A stretch of 64,000 nucleotides of DNA from positions 2,170,001-2,234,000 of the forward strand of contig OZ249441.1 in NCBI GenBank assembly GCA_965235115.1. Direction: 5' to 3'. Below the pieces are notes generated by a model. That model saw only the letters and a program-made list of their open reading frames with translations, was not told the DNA's origin and ran no database searches. The stretch comes from Laetmonice hystrix (Eukaryota). The position numbers and the translations under genes are program-made. This document shows, piece by piece, positions 60,491 through 64,000 of this stretch (positions within the stretch are counted from its first letter, which is position 1; each line of letters opens with the position of its first letter).

Positions 60491-61252
60491 AGGAGCTGTC
60501 TGTTTGTCAGCTGTTGTTGTTAAGTTGTCAGCTACTGTTGCTGGTTCTGGGGGGAGAATCTCCCACCTTAAAAACGATAGTTGTGAGGAAGCATGTCTGG
60601 CCGAGGTGTCAGCTCTTACAAAGAACTGTTGCTAAGACATGTTGATAACTTGATTAGACAACCGACTTCATGAAGATTACTGTGTCATAAATCGACTTGT
60701 CGTAAACCTTTCAGAAGTTACTGACTGATTGTAAGTGGACCTGTTAGATTGTTACTTAGTGAAAGTGTAATCACTTTCATGTATACATCACTTCAGTTAT
60801 GATACGTTGTTGTACAAAAGCCGCAAGGAGCTGAAGCACTGTGTTTCTGACACCTTTGTTGCTGATATTGCAAAGTGAAATGTCAGGCGTGCTAACATTT
60901 TATAAGCGGTAAGAAATGAGTAAAATATTATACCTGCCGATAACTGTACGAGTTCACGGAACGTGGTGACAGGTCTTCAGTCGACGTTCAGCAGAGCTGC
61001 ACAGCTTTCTGTAAGGAGATAAATGGAGGGTGTTTTAATGTACTTGAAATCCTCGTATTCACACAGTGTTTGCATATTTATACTGTCAGTCTATGCTTTA
61101 CATAGGTTACTAAACATCTATTCTCAGATAACATCAAATCCGCTTTGTCTAAGGGAAATATAGGGACATAAATCACGCCGTGCTTCATACATATAAACTT
61201 AGGTATTCGATTACGAATCTTTGAAGTTTGCTGTACGAGGTACGGTAGTTTA

Positions 61253-61579
61253 TCAAACTTGGTGTTAGAACAACCGTATATTGTTCAGTCAAACTTGGTG
61301 TTAGAACAACCGTATATTGTTCAGTCAAACTTGGTGTTAGAACAACCGTATATTGTTCAGTCAAACTTGGTGTTAGAACAACCGTATATTGTTCAGTCAA
61401 ACTTGGTGTTAGAACAACCGTATATTGTTCAGTCAAACTTGGTGTTAGAACAACCGTATATTGTTCAGTCAAACTTGGTGTTAGAACAACCGTATATTGT
61501 TCAGTCAAACTTGGTGTTAGAACAACCACATATTGTTCAGTCAAACTTGGTGTTAGAACAACCGTATATTGTTCAGTCA
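61253..61579. repeat. Minisatellite, 36-bp unit, 9 copies
   Basis: Unit tcaaacttggtgttagaacaaccgtatattgttcag. Confidence 0.95.
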
Positions 61580-61624
61580 CTTACTTTAATTGTGCATGTT
61601 ATTACACGCATTCAAGGTACTGGG

Positions 61625-62329
61625 TTGGAACACTCGCAAACTGTGTGTTAGGACCGTCTTGGGACACTCACAAACTGTGTTAGGACCGTCTTGGGACACT
61701 CACAAACTGTGTTAGGACCGTCTTGGGACACTCACAAACTGTGTTAGGACCGTCTTTGGACACTCACAAACTGTGTTAGGACCGTCTTGGGACACTCACA
61801 AACTGTGTTAGGACCGTCTTGGGACACTCACAAACTGTGTTAGGACCGTCTTGGGACACTCATAAACTGTGTTAGGACCGTCTTGGGACACTCACAAACT
61901 GTGTTAGGACCGTCTTGGGACACTCACAAACTGTGTTAGGACCGTCTTTGGACACTCACAAACTGTGTTAGGACCGTCTTGGGACACTCACAAACTGTGT
62001 TAGGACCGTCTTGGGACACTCACAAACTGTGTTAGGACCGTCTTGGGACACTCATAAACTGTGTTAGGACCGTCTTGGGACACTCACAAACTGTGTTAGG
62101 ACCGTCTTGGGACACTCACAAACTGTGTTAGGACCGTCTTGGGACACTCACAAACTGTGTTAGGACCGTCTTGGGACACTCACAAACTGTGTTAGGACCG
62201 TCTTGGGACACTCATAAACTGTGTTAGGACCGTCTTGGGACACTCACAAACTGTGTTAGGACCGTCTTGGGACACTCACAAACTGTGTTAGGACCGTCTT
62301 GGGACACTCACAAACTGTGTTAGGACCGT
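61625..62329. repeat. Minisatellite, 32-bp unit, ~22 copies
   Basis: Unit taggaccgtcttgggacactcacaaactgtgt. Confidence 0.95.
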
Positions 62330-62347
62330 GCAATCCCTGTGTTAGGC

Positions 62348-63200
62348 GACCGTGTGAGGTCACCCTGATCGCCTCTCTGTAAGGACGACCGTGTTAGGTC
62401 ACCCTGACCGCCACTCTGTAAGGAGGACCGTGTTAGGTCACCCTGGCCGCCTCTCTGTAAGGAGGACCGTGTTAGGTCACCCTGACCGCCTCACTGTAAG
62501 GAGGACCGTGTGGGGTCACCCTGACCGCCACACTGTAAGGAGGACCGTGTTAGGTCACCCTGGCCGCTACACTGTAAGGAGGACCGTGTTAGGTCACCCT
62601 GGCCGCCTCTCTGTAAGGAGGACCGTGTTAGGTCACCCTGGCCGCCTCTCTGTAAGGAGGACCGTGTTAGGTCACCCTGACCGCCACTCTGTAAGGAGGA
62701 CCGTGTCAGGTCACCCTGACCGCCACTCTGTAAGGAGGACCGTGTGGGGTGACCCTGACCGCCACTCTGTAAGGAGGACCGTGTGGGGTGACCCTGACCG
62801 CCACTCTGTAAGGAGGACCGTGTGGGGTGACCCTGACCGCCACTCTGTAAGGAGGACCGTGTTAGGTCACCCTGACCGCCACACTGTAAGGAGGACCGTG
62901 TTAGGTCACCGTGACCGCCACACTGTAAGGAGGACCGTGTTAGGTCACCCTGACCGCCACACTGTAAGGAGGACCGTGTTAGGTCACCCTGACCGCCACA
63001 CTGTAAGGAGGACCGTGTTAGGTCACCCTGACCGCCACACTGTAAGGAGGACCGTGTTAGGTCACCGTGACCGCCACTCTGTAAGGACCGTGTTAGGTCA
63101 CCGTGACCGCCACTCTGTAAGGACGACCGTGTGGGGTGACCCTGACCGCCACTCTGTAAGCAGGACCGTGTTAGGTCACCTTGACCGCCACTCTGTAAGC
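62348..63200. repeat. Minisatellite, 39-bp unit, ~22 copies
   Basis: Unit gaccgtgttaggtcaccctgaccgccactctgtaaggag. Confidence 0.95.
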
Positions 63201-63375
63201 AGTTTTCTTACATGAGCTAAGCTCCTGTATTGTTACAACAATGACCCGCTCGATACCAGACCCCCCCCCCCCTGGCGGCCAGCTAACGAAGACGTCAGGA
63301 GGTCCGCTCTGACTGTGGGCCCCTACTGTAACGACTTGGACATTATAACCCCGGGGTACGCTTCCGTGTCATTGT

Positions 63376-64000
63376 CCAGCACCAGGAGCGTTATCCCAGC
63401 TGGCCCAGCACCAGGAGCGTTATCCCAGCTGGCCCAGCACCAGGAGCGTTATCCCAGCTGGCCCAGGCCTAGGAGCGTTATCCCAGCTGGCCCAGCACCA
63501 GGAGCGTTATCCCAGCTGGCCCAGGCCTAGGAGCGTTATCCCAGCTGGCCCAGGCCTAGGAGCGTTATCCCAGCTGGCCCAGGCCTAGGAGCGTTATTCC
63601 AGCTGGCCCAGCACCAGGAGCGTTATCCCAGCTGGCCCAGGCCTAGGAGCGTTATCCCAACTGGCCCAGGCCTAGGAGCGTTATCCCAGCTGGCCCAGGC
63701 CTAGGAGCGTTATCCCAGCTGGCCCAGGCCTAGGAGCGTTATCCCAGCTGGCCCAGGCCTAGGAGCATTATCCCAGCTGGCCCAGGACCAGGAGCGTTAT
63801 CCCAGCTGGCCCAGGCCTAGGAGCGTTATCCCAGCTGGCCCAGGCCCAGGAGCGTTATCCCAGCTGGCCCAGGCCTAGGAGCGTTATCCCAGCTGGCCCA
63901 GCACCAGGAGCGTTATCCCAGCTGGCCCAGGCCTAGGAGCGTTATCCCAGCTGGCCCAGCACCAGGAGCGTTATCCCAGCTGGCCCCAGGCCTAGGAGCG
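63376..64000. repeat. Minisatellite, 29-bp unit, >=21 copies, runs off the window
   Basis: Unit aggagcgttatcccagctggcccag(gcct/cacc). Confidence 0.95.

Noticed and set aside
1513-63530. Long repetitive ORFs (e.g. GQWVRAVGN, GLGSPSP, QRMPPVQG, LGHPDRHSVRRTV, RLGESP)
   Set aside because: They are translations of tandem arrays, often open in several frames and on both strands at once. This is not evidence of coding.
871-64000. CRISPR-like arrays
   Set aside because: Units are contiguous, with no unique spacers. There are no cas genes, and the context is eukaryotic.
871-64000. Apparent excess of unit lengths divisible by 3
   Set aside because: About 18-19 of ~46 units, close to the one-third expected by chance.

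Overview
Eukaryotic, largely non-coding DNA. It is metazoan and probably invertebrate, mollusc-like (inference from a Tc1-type transposase N-terminus, TTAA-flanked Kolobok-like elements, tRNA-derived SINE heads and GT-AG splice signals). It is not prokaryotic, and there is no CRISPR array, rRNA or intact tRNA. The dominant feature is about 45 mutually unrelated tandem arrays (units 15-135 bp, arrays 0.05-5 kb). By my hand tally they cover roughly 35 kb, about half the window, separated by 0.1-3 kb stretches of non-array sequence. Almost every long ORF in the supplied track is a translation of these arrays. The non-array DNA holds two inverted copies of an ~860-bp Kolobok-like element, an internally deleted Tc1 element, two SINE remnants and two Harbinger-type MITEs. 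It also holds short GT-AG-bounded exon-like segments on both strands that I cannot assign to a known protein; some carry in-frame stops. Best leads: (1) the array landscape, which appears to grow out of local unique sequence, sometimes over splice acceptors; (2) a 20x array of the CLEAR/E-box palindrome; (3) a candidate recursive splice site plus 12-nt microexons; (4) exon-like remnants of an unidentified gene or pseudogene. All coordinates, unit lengths and copy numbers were read by hand and may be off by a few bases.
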